From NCBI RefSeq assembly GCF_009914755.1, contig NC_060931.1: a DNA stretch of 64,000 nucleotides. One strand, given 5' to 3'. Below, piece after piece: positions 27,107 to 42,219 of this stretch. The position numbers and the translations under genes are program-made. Each line of letters opens with the position of its first letter. The stretch's first letter is position 1. Below the pieces are notes generated by a model. That model did no database searches. It was not told the origin of the DNA and saw only the letters and a program-made list of their open reading frames with translations. The DNA comes from the human T2T-CHM13v2.0 reference genome, Homo sapiens.

Positions 27107-28049
27107 TCAAGGAAGATAAAAATCCCAGAAATATTCGTTGGATTCAGCAAAATGAGTTAACAGAAAAAGCTAGTACAGGAAATACTCTTGAAGAAGTTTG
27201 GCAGTCATGGCAATGGAAAGCCCAGTAAGTACAGCAGGATCTGGGGTTGCAGATTTTTTAAGAATGTAAAAGCCTTGAAAATATTTGCATACTGCAGGGA
27301 AATAACTAGTACAAATGTAAAGTTTCAGAGCACAGCATAAAGTTAAATAAGAGATGGTAGGTACTGAGAAAAAGCAGGGGTAAATAGATCTAGGCACTGG
27401 AGCAAGATTAGCCTCAGGCCGATGGCTCTTCACTTCCAGTGTCACCGGAGAAAAGAATGGTGCCACAAAGTTTGGGGAGGTATGATTATCTACAGAGTGA
27501 GAAAGGACATGGTGTATTCGAACACGAGGCACATAGAAAAGATTTAAGATAACCACTATGGAGAGAAGGATATTTCAAAAGAAAGAAAAATGTGGAAGCA
27601 AGGTGGGGTGGGGTGGCAGGTGATGAGAGCCCAGATGTGTTTTATAACCATGACTTTGTAAAAGTTTCAATTATTATGGGTGGATAATTAAGTTACTTCC
27701 AGCAGCATTCCAGGCCCATAAAGAAGGCAGAGACACATTGCCTCTTTGGCCAGATTTTCAATTGCCCTATTTTCTCTTTTTCGAATTTTCTACCACAAAA
27801 TTTATTATAAAATCTTATACTCCAGGAGTTGAAATTCTATGTTGCTGAAATTTACACATAAGAAAATAAACAGATAGGAGAATTTTGAGTCAGGGAATAA
27901 CATGGTTGGGAAAGAATCGTTAATTCAAACCCCCTTCTCCCATCCTCTCCATCTATCTTAGAAGTTATGTTCTCAGTGCAAGGAAAGATATTGCTCACAA
28001 ATAAGCTAAGTAACCTAAAAAGCAATGTGGGATTTTACATATTTCGTCA

Positions 28050-28590
28050 AATATTTTAGACTGTTATGTCATCCAACTCTTTGGCCAACATTTTCTCTAC
28101 TTTTTGACAGCCCATCTCCTACAGAGAACCTAGAAGCCAGTGTTCCCATCTGTCCTTGCAGTTAGTGGTGAGGGTTGGGGGGGCACAAGCATGGGGCCTA
28201 AATACCACCTGTCAAATGCAAGCATATCAGGCTTAAATTTGGAGCCAGGGACAATGGCACCGTGGGATCTACTTTGATGAGGACAGTGGTGGATGTGCCC
28301 AGTTTATGGAGGTGCCCGTGGCTGAGGCTGTGGCAGTCTTGTCCAGGGCACATCCTGAGAAGTACCAGTCTATGGTGGCATTGCCCAACAATGGCTGCAG
28401 GTCTGTCTTTGCTGGCAGTTAATCAATGGTTAAGTTAGAACTTTGTTCCTGACTGTGCAGTCTCTAAGCCTGGCTCTCTGGCCCCCGAGCAGATTCAGAG
28501 GGCTCCCTAACATCTTTTTAAGATTACTTTCTGCTTAACTAACCAGAATTGATTTCATTTGTTGGCAGCTAGGAACCCTGACATATACAC
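28050..28590 (+). mobile_element. Old ERVL-class LTR (LTR33/LTR16-like)
   Basis: 3' terminus ttctgcttaactaaccaga...ttgttggcagctaggaaccctgacatataca. Subfamily uncertain. Confidence 0.5.
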
Positions 28591-29929
28591 GCAGACCAGA
28601 GTGTTGGATTTGAGGGTTTCTTGAGAAAAAAAAAAAAAAAAAAGATCTTTCCATATAGTCACTTATAATTCTGACCTCAATGAAGGCTATGGTTCCAGGA
28701 CATTAGTGGATAAAGCAGAAAGTTCCACAACCTCAGAAGAGTCCCCAAAGTGGCTTTGGCAAATAATTTTGGAAACATCAAAAATTTAAGAAAAGGCCAA
28801 CAACATTTTCTCCCTTCTATATGTGAAATGATTTGTTATCAGAGATCATTAGGATGGAAAAAGAGAAGTCTGGGCCCTTTTAACTTACTTAGAATCATAT
28901 GTATAGAAAAAGCACAAAGGAAAAAAAAGCAAATTTAAATTTTAGTGTTCCTATGTATTAATTAAATAATTTGTAGTGTGTTTAGGGTTAAAATTATGAA
29001 GAAAAATAATATGTGGTGAGATACATGATGACAATGATTGAAAACGTATTGTATTTATTTTGCATGTTTTTATAAATAGCTAGGATATAGTCATGTGTTT
29101 ATAATTCTCCAGTCTAGTACAGTGCTGGCAAGAAGGCAGTCTCTAAATATTGTGCATATGTACTGATATATTCAATCTTTGTACAAATGCATATTTAATT
29201 TACATGACATAAATATCAGGTTGCAAAGTGAATCCATATACATAACACTGTCTGTGTTTATGCTGAAGCTTCACCAGTCACATGGTGTTCAGTTTGGTAA
29301 GGAGTCCTAATGTTCAGCCTGGACTGGAATGTATACAAACACAGCTGCCAAAGTGGAGACTTGTGTTTCCATGTGCTGGCACAATGGGTTGCCAAATACC
29401 TTTGCTTAATCTTTGTTTAGTTCTCTTCTTTGATGTTGTAGCAGTGCAATTTTTCTACTTTATTTGGAATGGAATTATTTGTGACGTGAAAACATAGTGG
29501 ACACAATCCTAACCTAAATTGAACCCCTCAAAGGCATTCTGTTGTTTTGTGAAGTCTTGCATATGACACAGGAGATAATCAGTTAGTATATACTAATTGT
29601 TTGCAAGTCAGCAAATCTTACTCTTCAGATAACTGGATATTTTGATGCAAAAACTTAGTGAGATCTATTGAAGCCTGATGATCTTTTTCCTTTGAAGTAA
29701 AAAAACTGTAATGAATTCAATCAAAATTCAGTTCTCCTAAACATGACATGGATAACAGCCTACATATATATCCTAAAGAGCTAGAGTATTGCAAATTTTT
29801 TTAACCTGTAGACATGTGCTAGATTTAAAACTCCTTGTACATGGGCAAGTGTGCAAGTCTTTTTAAAGAAACATGGTTTACCGATAGAAGCCATTTAGTT
29901 TTGAGAGATTGCTTTTGCTTTTCTTCCCC

Positions 29930-31000
29930 CCAGTTCAGTGATTTTTGGTGTATTCACAGAATTGTGTAAGTATCATCAAAATCAGTCTTAGAATATTTTT
30001 AGTACACTAAAAAGGAAGTTCACACCCATTAGCAGTCACTTCCCATTTTTTCTTAACTCTACTCCTTCCCAGCCCTAGGCAACCATTAATAGATTTTCTG
30101 TCTCTATGGATTTGCCTATACCAGACGTCCATATATATGTGTATATATGGAATCATACAATATTTATATGGAGTCATACATACATATGATATAGAATCAT
30201 ACAACATTTGATCCTTTGTGACTTCCTTTCACTTAGCATAATGTTTCCAAGCATCATCCATGTTATAGCATGCATCAGTATTTCACTTCTTTTTATTGCC
30301 AAATAATATTACTTTGTATGGATACACTACATTTTGTTTATTCATTCCTCAGCTGATGAACATTTGGATTGTTTCCACTTTTGGGCTATTACGAATAATG
30401 GTGCTATGAACTTTCATATACAAACTTTTGTGTGGACATATGTGATATGGTTTGGCTCTACGTCCCCACCCAAATCACATGTGCAATTGTAATCCTCAAT
30501 GTTGGAAGTGGGGCCTGGGGGGGAGGTGGTTGATTCACGGGGGTGGAGTTCTCATGAATAGTGTAGCACCATCCCCTCCGTGCCTTTCTCATGATGGTGA
30601 GTGAGTTCTCACAAGATCTGGTTGTTTAAAAGTGTGTAGCACCTTCCCCCTCTCTCTTCCTCCTGCTTCAGCTATGTAAAGTGCTGGCTCTCCCTTTGCC
30701 TTCCACCATGATTGCAAGTTTCCTGAGGCCTCCCCAGAGGCAAAAGCTGCTATTCTTCCCATACAGCCTGCAGAACCATGAGCCAATTAAACTTCTTTTC
30801 TTATAAATAGCCCAGTCTCACGTATTTACTTATAGCAGTGTGAAAACGGACTAATATAATACGTTTTTATTTCTCTTAGGTATGTACGTAGGAATGGAAT
30901 TACTGGTTTATATGGCAAATCTATGTTTAACCTTTTGAGGAACCATCAGAAAATTTTCCAAAGTGACTGTACCATTTTATATTCCCGTTAGCTTTGCACA
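29930..31000 (-). mobile_element. L1MB-like 3' fragment interrupted by an MST LTR
   Basis: ccagccctaggcaaccattaat...ttcacttagcataatgtttccaag...catttggattgtttccacttttgggctatt. Confidence 0.8.
30443..30858 (+). mobile_element. MSTA/MSTB MaLR solo LTR
   Basis: tgatatggtttggct...ccttccaccatgattgcaagtttcctgaggcctcccc...ggactaatata; 5-bp TSD atatg/atacg. Confidence 0.88.
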
Positions 31001-31139
31001 TAATTTTTTAGCCATCAAAATAATTTTATATTCTTGGAATTCATAAAAAGTTTGAATTTATATATTTAATACACCTTAATATTTGAGTAAAATCTAAGCA
31101 AAGAAAATTTTTTAACTGTTTAGAAATTATAGTTTATAA

Positions 31140-31447
<308 letters not shown>

Positions 31448-31490
31448 AATAATTGATTTTTTAAAGCCTGATTTTAATATCCATTTCTCC

Positions 31491-31618
31491 AGCCAGACGC
31501 AGTGGCTCACACTTGTAATTTCAGCACTTTGGGAGGCCAAAGTGGAAGGATTTCTTGAGGCTAGGAGTTCAAGACTAGCCTGGGGAATATGGCAAGACCC
31601 CATCTCTTAAAAAAAAAA
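31491..31618 (+). mobile_element. FLAM or Alu left monomer
   Basis: Single monomer with A-tail. Confidence 0.8.
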
Positions 31619-32605
31619 TCATTTCTTTAAATAGGAATTTTGCTTTATTACATATAATGATATTTTGTAAGATTATAAGGTGTACATGAAGTTCAAAAGA
31701 TCCAATTATAGCCTGCCTTTCATTCCTGTGTTATGAGTTAATTCAATGCGCTCCTATAACCTCTTAATAAATGGGAAGTCTATTTAGTAACAGAAAGCAG
31801 AAAATATTAACCATGCCTATCATTCGTAATTTCCATTTTTAATAAAATATACAAAATTCTTAATCTTTTCCAGGTGTTTACCACTTGTATATGCAAATAA
31901 ATAAAACTAAGAATTAAAATTTTTCTCTTAGATATAAGATACATTTTAAACTGGTCTTCTGATACTAATAGTTTAGCAACCATTATTATGGTCTGATTTT
32001 GATACACACACACATACACACACAAACACACAGATCTGTAGTCATCCCAAGATATTTTGGTGAATCATTTGTACTTTCCCTATACCTCTGCTTTAGAATA
32101 AAATAAGTTTATTTCCAGTGTGAGACAAAAACAGTAGGATTGAGTTCTGTTTTTTAGTCTAGAACATAAACTATTGTCTATATAGCAGGATTTCAAATTA
32201 AACACCACTTATCTTTGTAATCGTCCAACACACAAATTACACACGTAACTTCCTAATATTTCAGATTTTTCCTGAAACATGCCCTTGTCTTATTGTACTT
32301 AGTACCAGGACACCTTAGAGAAGAGTTTAATTGCAGAATTACTGAAATGTTTGAAAATCTGGCTTTGTACAACCTTTCTATCTAATGTCTTAAGATATTA
32401 TTTACAACAGAATTGATTTATCAGTCTCTCAGGCTCATTTAATCTTTAAAGTTTCTGAAGAATCACATTGACTCTGAATTTAAATGAGCCACCAAATACA
32501 TTTTCAATTTATGTCATAGAGAGTTGCTGTTCTAAGGAAAATACAAAGACTCATATAGGTTTAATATTTGGTGATCACATGGGGCATTAAGATAATCCCA
32601 TTTTT

Positions 32606-32917
32606 GGCCAGGTGTGTTGGCTCACACCTGTAATCCTAGCACTTTGGGAGACCAAGGTGGGCAGATTGCCTGAGCTCAAGCGTTGGAAACCAGCCTGGGC
32701 AACACGGTGAAACCCTGTCTCTACTAAAACACAAACAAAAATTAGCCGGGCATGGCAGTGCGCGCCTGTAGTCCCAGCTACTCAGGAGGCTGAGGCAAAG
32801 CAATTGCTTGAACCCAGGAGGCAGAAGTTGCAGTGAGCTGAGATTGCGCCACTACACTCCAGCCTGGGCGACAGAGCCAAACGGTGTCTCAAAAAAAAAA
32901 AAAAAAAAAAAAAAAAA
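32606..32917 (+). mobile_element. Alu element
   Basis: Full Alu with TSD aagataatc(c/a)catttt. Confidence 0.95.
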
Positions 32918-34744
32918 GATAATCACATTTTCTACTACTAGGCAGTTACCTTTAAATAGAAGATAGCATGACAGTCCCCAACATCAGTTATTTCTCTTGT
33001 GAGTGTTAAACTTTAGACTTTATTTCATTCCCTGATTTTGAAACTACATCTGGATGCCTTAAGACCATAACATTCTTCTGGATTGAGTATGTCATCAATT
33101 TGCTGCCGATTCTCAAAGATTCCAGACTGTTAGTTATTAATCCTTTAACATTACATCTTTATGATAAATGAAGCATACTAAGGGATAATTGTGCTAAAAA
33201 CAGGAAATGTACTTTCAAAACAAGAATATGTTGACCTTCCATATTTTTTTTTCTGCCCTCATCTGTCATAGTTGAAACTTTCTGAAAGAATCTTCTTCCT
33301 TCCTTGACTCATGATGAGTTACCTGCATTCCACATCCCAAAGCGGGTCAGTGTGTAATCAGGACAGAGCTTTTACCTGAAGTAAGCCAAGTTACAGATCC
33401 AAAAATTACTAGTTTAGTAATCTTCAGCAAGTAAATCTCTTAACCTAACTAAGCCTCAGTTTCCTCATTTATAAAATAATGGTAAATCGCACAGATCTTG
33501 CTTTCCCTAGAGGACAGTTTTGAGGATAATTGATAAATGCGAAAAACTAAAAAAAAAACCCTGTAAACTAACTGCCTTGCATTCATTTATTTAACATATG
33601 TTGGTTTTTAGAGAAATTCTAATTTTTTTTTCAAATGTCAAATTTAGATCTCAGTTTGGTCATTAAATTACTTGCAGATAGCCAGCGATTTTATCTTTCT
33701 CTTCACTAGATCAGAAACTATGCTGCATCATTGCTCAGTTTACCTGCTTTACACCAAAAAGAATTCCGTAGTCTAGAGTAATGCTTAAATCTTAATTGCT
33801 TATGACAAATATGTTGTTTTAGTTAAGTTCTGTGATCTTCAGAAACCTAAAAAGTAAAAGTAATCATATATCAATAAAGTACTATTTTATCTAACAATTA
33901 TTCATATTACAGCTACAGCAACTTCATTCATTCTCCCCAGAACAACCCAGTAAGAAAAATGAGGCACAAAGATTCTAAGGCACACTTAATTTGCTCATTT
34001 ATTCATTCTATAAATCTTTTCTAAACGCTTATCAATTGCCCGGTTTGGAACTAGTGGTAGAAACTATGAGATCTGCAGTCCTGTTTGATTCTTCCTTTGA
34101 TCCTGCACAACCTAAAGAGGGCGCACTTACCACTCCTATCTTGAATCTTCCCTGAAAGCTTGTTTTGCTTTTCGCAACACAACCTTCTGTGCTAGGGATG
34201 ACCTACATTCACTACAAGTGAAAGTAAGACCTACATACAGTCCTGCTGTCAATACAGCTGAGCAGTTGCAACTCCTTCTTCCTCCACCTCTGTCCAAGCC
34301 CTCTTTTAGTTCTGTAGACAAAGATCACAATATGGATTCATACTGGCCTGGATTGTAAGCATAGTAGAGAAGCAGTCTCCCCTGCCAGAGTAAACGCACC
34401 TGTACCTGGCACCATCTCTTCTGACTCCCTCCCAACAATTAAAGAATTGTACAAAGCAATCTGGTTTTTAAAAATTCTGTGAACCTGAAAATATAGGCTT
34501 TTCTCCAAGTTTCCGTCTTCTGTCTTCTTTAGTATTATCACCTACATTCCATCTTATCAGTGACTTGAAATTTATCCTGCACCAACTTCTGACAGCTTCA
34601 GTCAGTGATTTCCAGTTACTTCTTGTTCTATTAGTTTCTAAAGACCTTACCTTGAGATAATCTGATTAAGTAGATCTGAGTGGAAAATTGTAAAATCCAG
34701 CTTCTAGAACCTTATGCTCAATGATAAAAAGATCTCCAGATTCC

Positions 34745-36590
34745 ATTCCAAGATGGCCGAATAGGAACAGCTCCAGTCTGCAGCTCCCAGTGTGAATGAC
34801 GTAGAAGACAGGTGATTTCTGCATTTCCAACTGCGGTACCTGATTCATCTCATTGGTGGTTGGACAGTGGGTGCAGCCCACGGAGGGTGAGCCAAAGCAG
34901 GGTGGGGTGTCACCTCACCCGGGAAGCACAAGGGATCAGGGGATTTCCCTTTCCTAGGCAAGGGAAGCCATGTACCTGGAAAATCAGGACACTCCCACCC
35001 TAATACTGTGCTTTTCTATTGGTCTTAGCAAATGGCACACCAGGAGATTATATTCTGCACCTGGCTCAGCAGGTCCCACACCCATGTAGCCTTGCTCACT
35101 CCTAGCGCAGCAGTCTGAGATTGACGAGCTGACAGAAGTAGGCTTCAGAAGGTCGGTATAACAAACTTCTCCGAGCTAAAGGAGGATGTTCGAACCCATC
35201 GCAAGGAAGTTAAAAACCTTGAAAAAAAGATTAGATGAATGGCTAACTAGAATAAACAGTGTAGAGAAGACCTTAAATGACCTGATGGAGCTGAAAACCA
35301 TGGCATGAGAACTATGTGACGCGTGCACAAGCTTCAATAGCTGATTTGATCAAGTGGAAGAAAGGGTATCAGTGATTGCAGATCAAATTAATGAAATAAA
35401 GCGAGAAGAGAAGTTTACAGAAAAGGAATAAAAAGAAATGAACAAAGCCTCCAAGAAATATGGGACTATGTGAAAAGACCAAATCTACATTTGATTGATG
35501 TACCTGAAAATGATGTGGAGAATGGAACCAAGTTGGAAAATACTCTTCAGGATATTATCCAGGAGAACTTCCCCAACCTAGCAAGGCAGGCCAACATTCA
35601 AATTCAGGAAATACAGAGAACACTGCAAAGATACTCCTCTAGAAGAGCAACCCCAAGACACATAACTGTCAGATTCACCAAGGTTGAAATGAAGGAAAAA
35701 ATGTTAAGGGCAGCCAGAGAGAAAGGTCAGGTTACCCACAAAGGGAAGCCCGTCAGACTAACAGCAGATCTCTTGGCAGAATCCCTACAAGCCAGAAGAG
35801 AGTGAGGGCCAATATTCAACATTCTTAAAAAAAAAAGAATTTTCAACCCAGAATTTCATATCCAGCCCAACTAATCTTCATAAGTGAAGGAGAAATAAAA
35901 TCCTTTACAGACAAGCAAATGCTGAGAGATTTTGTCACCACCAGGCCTGCCTTACAAGAGCTCCTGAAGGAAGCACTGAACATGGAAAGGAAAAACCAGT
36001 ACCAGCCACTGCAAAAACATGCCAAATTGTAAAGACCATCGATGCTAGGAAGAAACTGCATTAACGAACGAGCAAAATAACCAGCTAACATCATAATGAC
36101 AGGATCAAATTCACACATAACAATATTAACCTTAAATGTAAATGGGCTAAATGCTCCAATTAAAAGACACAGACTGGCAAATTGGATAAAGCATCAATAC
36201 CCATCAGTGTGCTGTATTCAGGAGACCCATCTCATGTGCAGAGACACACATAGGCTCAAAATAAAGGGATGGAGGAAGATCTACCAAGCAAATGGAAAGC
36301 AAAAAAAAAAGCAGGGGTTGCAATCCTAGTCTCTGATAAAGACTTTAAACCAACAAAGATCAAAAGCGACAAGAAAGCCATTACATAATGGTAAAGGGAT
36401 CAATTCAACAAGAAGAGTTAACTACCCTAAATATAGATACACCCAATACAGGAGCACACAGATTCATAAAGCAAGTCCTTAGAGACCTACAAAGAGACTT
36501 AGACACCCACACAATAATAATGGGAGACTTTTAACACCCCACTGTCAATATTAGACAGATCAACAAGACAGAAGGTTAACAAGGATATCC
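34745..36590 (+). mobile_element. L1PA 5' portion: 5'UTR start, internal deletion, disrupted ORF1, start of ORF2; 3' part absent
   Basis: CAAGATGGCCGAATAGGAACAGCTCC (YY1 site); ORF1p-like KRPNL...ENFPNLARQANIQIQEIQRT; ORF1 stop 36030-36032; 63-nt spacer; ORF2 MTGSNSHITILTLNVNGLN at 36096. L1 similarity ends at about 36590. Confidence 0.95.
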
Positions 36591-36675
36591 TAAAATTACT
36601 TGATTTATCCTTTGTCTTCCACATTATCACCTGCTTCACCTGGTCAACTCCTCCACTTCCATTAGGTACAAACGA

Positions 36676-36676
<1 letters not shown>

Positions 36677-36711
<35 letters not shown>
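36677..36711. repeat. (CA)n microsatellite
   Basis: About 17 CA units. Confidence 0.95.
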
Positions 36712-36714
<3 letters not shown>

Positions 36715-36745
36715 CACACGCAATATGACAAAGTTCAAGTTATAG

Positions 36746-37042
<297 letters not shown>

Positions 37043-37128
37043 AAGTTACAGTTTTCTAAGCGTCTGTTCCAGTACTAGCCCACTGCTTTATAACATGTTT
37101 GTGGGATTTGTCTTTAAATAAGTGAATT

Positions 37129-37430
37129 GGGCCAGGCGCGGTGGCTCACGCCTGTAATCCCAGCACTTTGGGAGGCCGAGGCGGGCAGATCACGAGGTGA
37201 GGAGATCGAGACCATCCTGGTTAACACGGTGAAAACCCATATCTACTAAAAATACAAAAAAATCAGCCGGCCGTAGTGGCGGGCGCCTGTAGTCCCAGCT
37301 ACTCGGGAGGCTGAGGCAGGAGAATGGCGTGAACCCGGGAGGCGGCACTTGCGTGAGCAGAGATCACGCCACTGCACTCCAGGCTGGGTGATAGAGCGAG
37401 ACTCCGTCTCAAAAAATAAAATAAAATAAA
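37129..37430 (+). mobile_element. AluY element
   Basis: AluY diagnostics gagatcgagaccatcctgg.taacacggtg and gaatggcgtgaacccgggaggc; TSD taaataagtgaatt. Confidence 0.93.
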
Positions 37431-37835
37431 TAAGTGAATTAATAAAATAGGTTTAAGAGAAATGTAATAAAACTTTCTCTTCCCATTATTTTCCCTAGAA
37501 TCTTAGGCCATGGTCTTTTTAAATTGTCTTGATAAAATTACTCAGTGGGTAGTCCCTTGCAAAAAGAACTAATATATTGTTTATTTGTTTTGTATATACC
37601 CATAGAGTTCATTTAAAGATATCTTAAATTGTTAGGAATTCTTTAAAAATTGGGGGTTGTTGGTATTTGAGGCAATATTTCTACTCTGTATCATTTCATT
37701 AGATATAAAAATATTTTGTCTTAACTAAAACATCCCAAAGTGCTATGATACAAATTCTCTTTTGAGCAAAAACTAAATTTCTCTCATTAACTATACAGAT
37801 GGTATAGATTAGATAATTTGAAATTAGTTATCTAA

Positions 37836-38111
<276 letters not shown>

Positions 38112-38556
38112 TGAACCCTTGGTAGTAAGAGTTATTTTGCTTTATCTAGACAGATAAATGTATAAGGAATACATTTTATGAAATTAAAAAGGGAAACTTC
38201 TGCCCATTTCCAACTCACGGTGGTAAAATGTTTTTTTCACTTCTTGTTCAAGGGGAATAGTGTGATAGTGTTAACCATATGCACTGTGATATTTCTGCCT
38301 CCACCCCTATCACAGGATGACCAACAGTAATAAAATAAACAAATATTGGATAAAAACAAACAAACAAAAAAAATGTTTAAACCAGAAATACTTAAAACAG
38401 AAAAAATGTGGCTGAAATGTGAGTTAAACATTGATGGTTTGAAGGTAGAGAAAAATTATTTTTCTCAAAATTATAATTAGTCTCTGCCTTAAAAGTTGTA
38501 AAAGTCTGAATATTCCTTTGGGGCCTCCTGCTTTTAGGATTTAGAAAAACCCCCCT

Positions 38557-38891
38557 TTATTATTATTTTATTTATTTATTTATTTTCATTTTTTTTTTTT
38601 TTGAGAAGAGAGTCTCCCTTTGTCGCCCAGGCTGGAGTGCAGTGGCGCGATCTCGGCTCACTGAAACCTCCACCTCCTGGGGTTCAAGCAATTCTCCTGC
38701 CTCAGCCTCCCTGAGTAGCTGGGACTACAGGTGCACGCCGCCACGCCCAGCTAATTTTTTTTTGTATTTTTAGTAGAGACGAGGTTACACCATATTGGCC
38801 AGGCTGGTCTCGAACTCTTGACCTCAGGTCATCCGCCTGCCTTGACCTCCCAAAGTGCCGGGATTACAGGTGTGAGCAACCGCACCCGGCC
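38557..38891 (-). mobile_element. AluS element
   Basis: Reverse Alu with TSD tagaaaa(a)cccc. Confidence 0.93.
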
Positions 38892-39134
38892 TAGAAAACC
38901 CCTTGAATGGGACCATTAGGTATAACAACATAACAAGTACCCAACTATTAGTTTTACTAATAGTGAAATAACTGTTAATGCAGATATTTTACATTGAAAA
39001 GCTAGGCATTCTATTGTGTAATATTGCATTAAAAGTGGTTTCTCCAGGATTCATGTCTATTTAAGAACAAAAAGGTATATGTCATTTGTATTTTCTCTGT
39101 ATGAAAATTTGCCTTCAAAACTATCATGTTTTCT

Positions 39135-39438
<304 letters not shown>

Positions 39439-39499
39439 CTATCACTTTTTTTGTGGAGGTCTGTGGATTCTTGTTTGAGTAGTTATTCTTAGGATAATA

Positions 39500-40250
39500 A
39501 GCATTCATTCAATAAATCCACTGAATTCTTACTGTGTGCCACACACACATTGCTGTAAATATGGGGGAGAAGGCAGCACACAAAATTGACATTATCCTTG
39601 CTTCCTGGAACTTACAATAGGAAGTAAGAGGGGGACAGTTAGAGAAGGAACACAATAGACAGATATGAATCATGTCAGGTAGTAACAAGTGCAAAGAAGA
39701 AAAACAAAAGCAGAGTAAGGAATAGGAATAGAGAGTTCTGGTGGAGAGAGGGGTACAAGGCAGATATTTTAAATAAGGCTTTCAGGGAAGGCCTCTCTGA
39801 GGAGGTGATATTGAAGCCTGGGAAAGAGCTTAACCTCAGAAGCAGAGACACTACATGAGAAGCTCTGGAATTTTGATGGGCATTAGAGACACAGCAGTGG
39901 TGGTGGTGATAAGTGGTCAGGTTTGAATATATATGTCAACAGGACTTGCTGAGAGTTCATGTTGGATGTATGAGGATGTAGATATATTGGGTTCTAATGA
40001 ATGAGATAAATATTGAGTGAAAAGAGCAGGTTTAGGGGCTGAGATGCTTATCTGCCATTCATTTGTAGAGTTCAAGAAAGATGTCTACGTTGAGACAAAT
40101 TTGGGAGAATACAGATTGTTTAAATCCCTGGTATGGATGAAATTACGTAAGGAAAAAGTATAAAGACCTAAGGAGCCTTGGAGTACTCCAACAAGAGGCC
40201 ATGGAAACTTGTGACAGAGAGGATTAAAATGTTCATGGAAGAAGACAGAA
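39500..40250 (-). mobile_element. LINE-2 fragment
   Basis: cattcattcaataaatccactgaa L2 tail and tcagggaaggcctctctgaggaggtga. Confidence 0.75.
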
Positions 40251-40398
40251 ATGCACAAAAGCGTGCACAGATCTGGACTGTAGAAATAAAATATAACACA
40301 CAATATTAGTTAAAGCTGGAAAGAATTAGGACTCATTTGTTCTGATGTGTCCCCCTATTGAGGCCCTGTTGGACTGGATGTTCTGTCAATCATGCCAG

Positions 40399-41255
40399 TG
40401 TAACCAAGTAGTTTAGCTTCAAAATGCATATTGAAACTTTTTTCCTTTCTTGCTTTTAGCCTTGAAACATACTTTAAAACTCTGTCTCCGGCCCTTCACA
40501 CCAGACACTCCCTTGCCCTGCTAGCTTATCTAATTATGTGCTTACTTAGAAGTTCAAGGGGCCAAAGTTTTTGTTGTTGTTGTTGTTGTTGTTTGTTTTG
40601 AGACAGTCTCACTCTGTTGCCCAGGCTGGAGTATAGTGGCACGGTTTCAACTCACTGCAGCCTCCACCTCCAGAGTTCAAGGGATTCTCCTGCGTCAGCC
40701 TCTTAAGTAGCTGGGATTGTAGATGCCCACCACCTCGCCTGGCTAATTTTTGTATTTTTAGTAGAGGCAGGGTTTCACCATGTTGGCCAGGCTGGTCTCG
40801 AACTCCTGACCTCAAATGATCTGTCCGCCTTGGCCTCCCAAAGTGCTGTAATTACAGGCGTGAGCCACAAGCCCTGGCCCCAGGGCCTAATCTTGAGACA
40901 AACTAGACACAAAGACCCAGTTGTGAAATTCCAGAGATTACCTCAAGGTGGTTAATCTACAACCTGGCCATTGTTGAGACTCTGATGCCAGCCTGCACTC
41001 CAGGTAGACCGTGACTCAAGACAGCCACCAGAACAAGACACATAGACCTTGTACCCAGCACTACTCCCACTTGCCTCCATTCCAGGTTCCCATTTTAAAA
41101 CTCCTCTCCCCAGCCTAAAGCTTGAGATGGTTCGAGGCCTGAGCCCAGCCATTCTTCCATCTGTCAGCATTTGAAAAAAAGCTGCTTTCCTTTTACATCT
41201 CACGTCTCGTGCTTTGACTTCTGAGGCCCAGTGGTAAAAAGGCATCATGCCACAC
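40399..41255 (+). mobile_element. ERV1-type solo LTR interrupted by an Alu
   Basis: TGTAACCAAGTA start and LTR-like ttttaaaactcctctccccagcc...gctgctttcctt. Subfamily and end uncertain. Confidence 0.55.
40568..40879 (-). mobile_element. AluS element
   Basis: Reverse Alu with (GTT)n tail. Confidence 0.93.
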
Positions 41256-42219
41256 TACACAAGACTCACTTTCTGTGTCCCTATTTCTTATATTTGGATC
41301 TGCCTCTTGTAGTGTGGCATAATGCCTTTTTACCACTGGGCCTCCTGGCAGTTGGACCTGCACTCAGGTATGGATATGCATGTGAAGGCTTTTCCAGAGG
41401 AAGGGGCAAACTGTCCTGTGACTTGAAACTAGGTGGAGCTAGGCCTTGAAGCTGTCCATAAAAGAAGTTCAGGAGGAGGGTTTAGACTTGTGGACTCCGG
41501 AAATTCTTATCTAGGACCCATTCCAAGTGAATTTTGGGTTGTACTTCCCTTCTGACATCCTCTTTCTAAAGTTTTGTCAAAAATTGTACCCTGGCTCTAT
41601 GCTGCCATGGATCAAAATGAATTAACCGAAATGAGAACTCCCTAGAATACAGTGGGTAAGAGAAGAGACTCAGAGCCAGACACAGGAAACAAACTCCTGC
41701 TCCACTGCTTTTTAGCTGAAAAATCAGTTAGGAGGTAAATTAGTATAGGTGAGAGGTCACAAAAACCAGATCCAAGTAGTGGAAATGGGAATGGAAAGAC
41801 ATGAATTAAAGGGAGCTTGATAGCTAATCATAAGTGGGATATAGGATAATTTTTTAAATGGCCCTGAAATTTCCACTTGGAACTGCTGAATAAATTGCCG
41901 TCAACCAAAACAGGAACTAAAAGAGGAAGGCCATGTGTTTAGCAAGGATGCTAATAAAATGATACAAGGGAATCAATGTTTATATCCCTCTCAATAATTC
42001 TCTAAGAAATTCTCTATTATTCTCATAATAAATATGCATGGAAACAACTAAAGTGAGGTATCCTAAACATATACATCTATATCTATCTATACACATACAC
42101 ACACATACACAGGCTGTGGCAAAGGTGAGGAAGGACACGATTTCAGTATGTGCATGCTTAACTTATGTATATCATAAAAAATCAGGCTATGTAAGAGAAG
42201 AAGAATGCTACATGCATCT

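Noticed and set aside
35470-36329. Active L1 ORF1/ORF2
   Set aside because: ORF1 start is deleted, there are premature stops and frameshifts, and ORF2 is truncated within the endonuclease domain.
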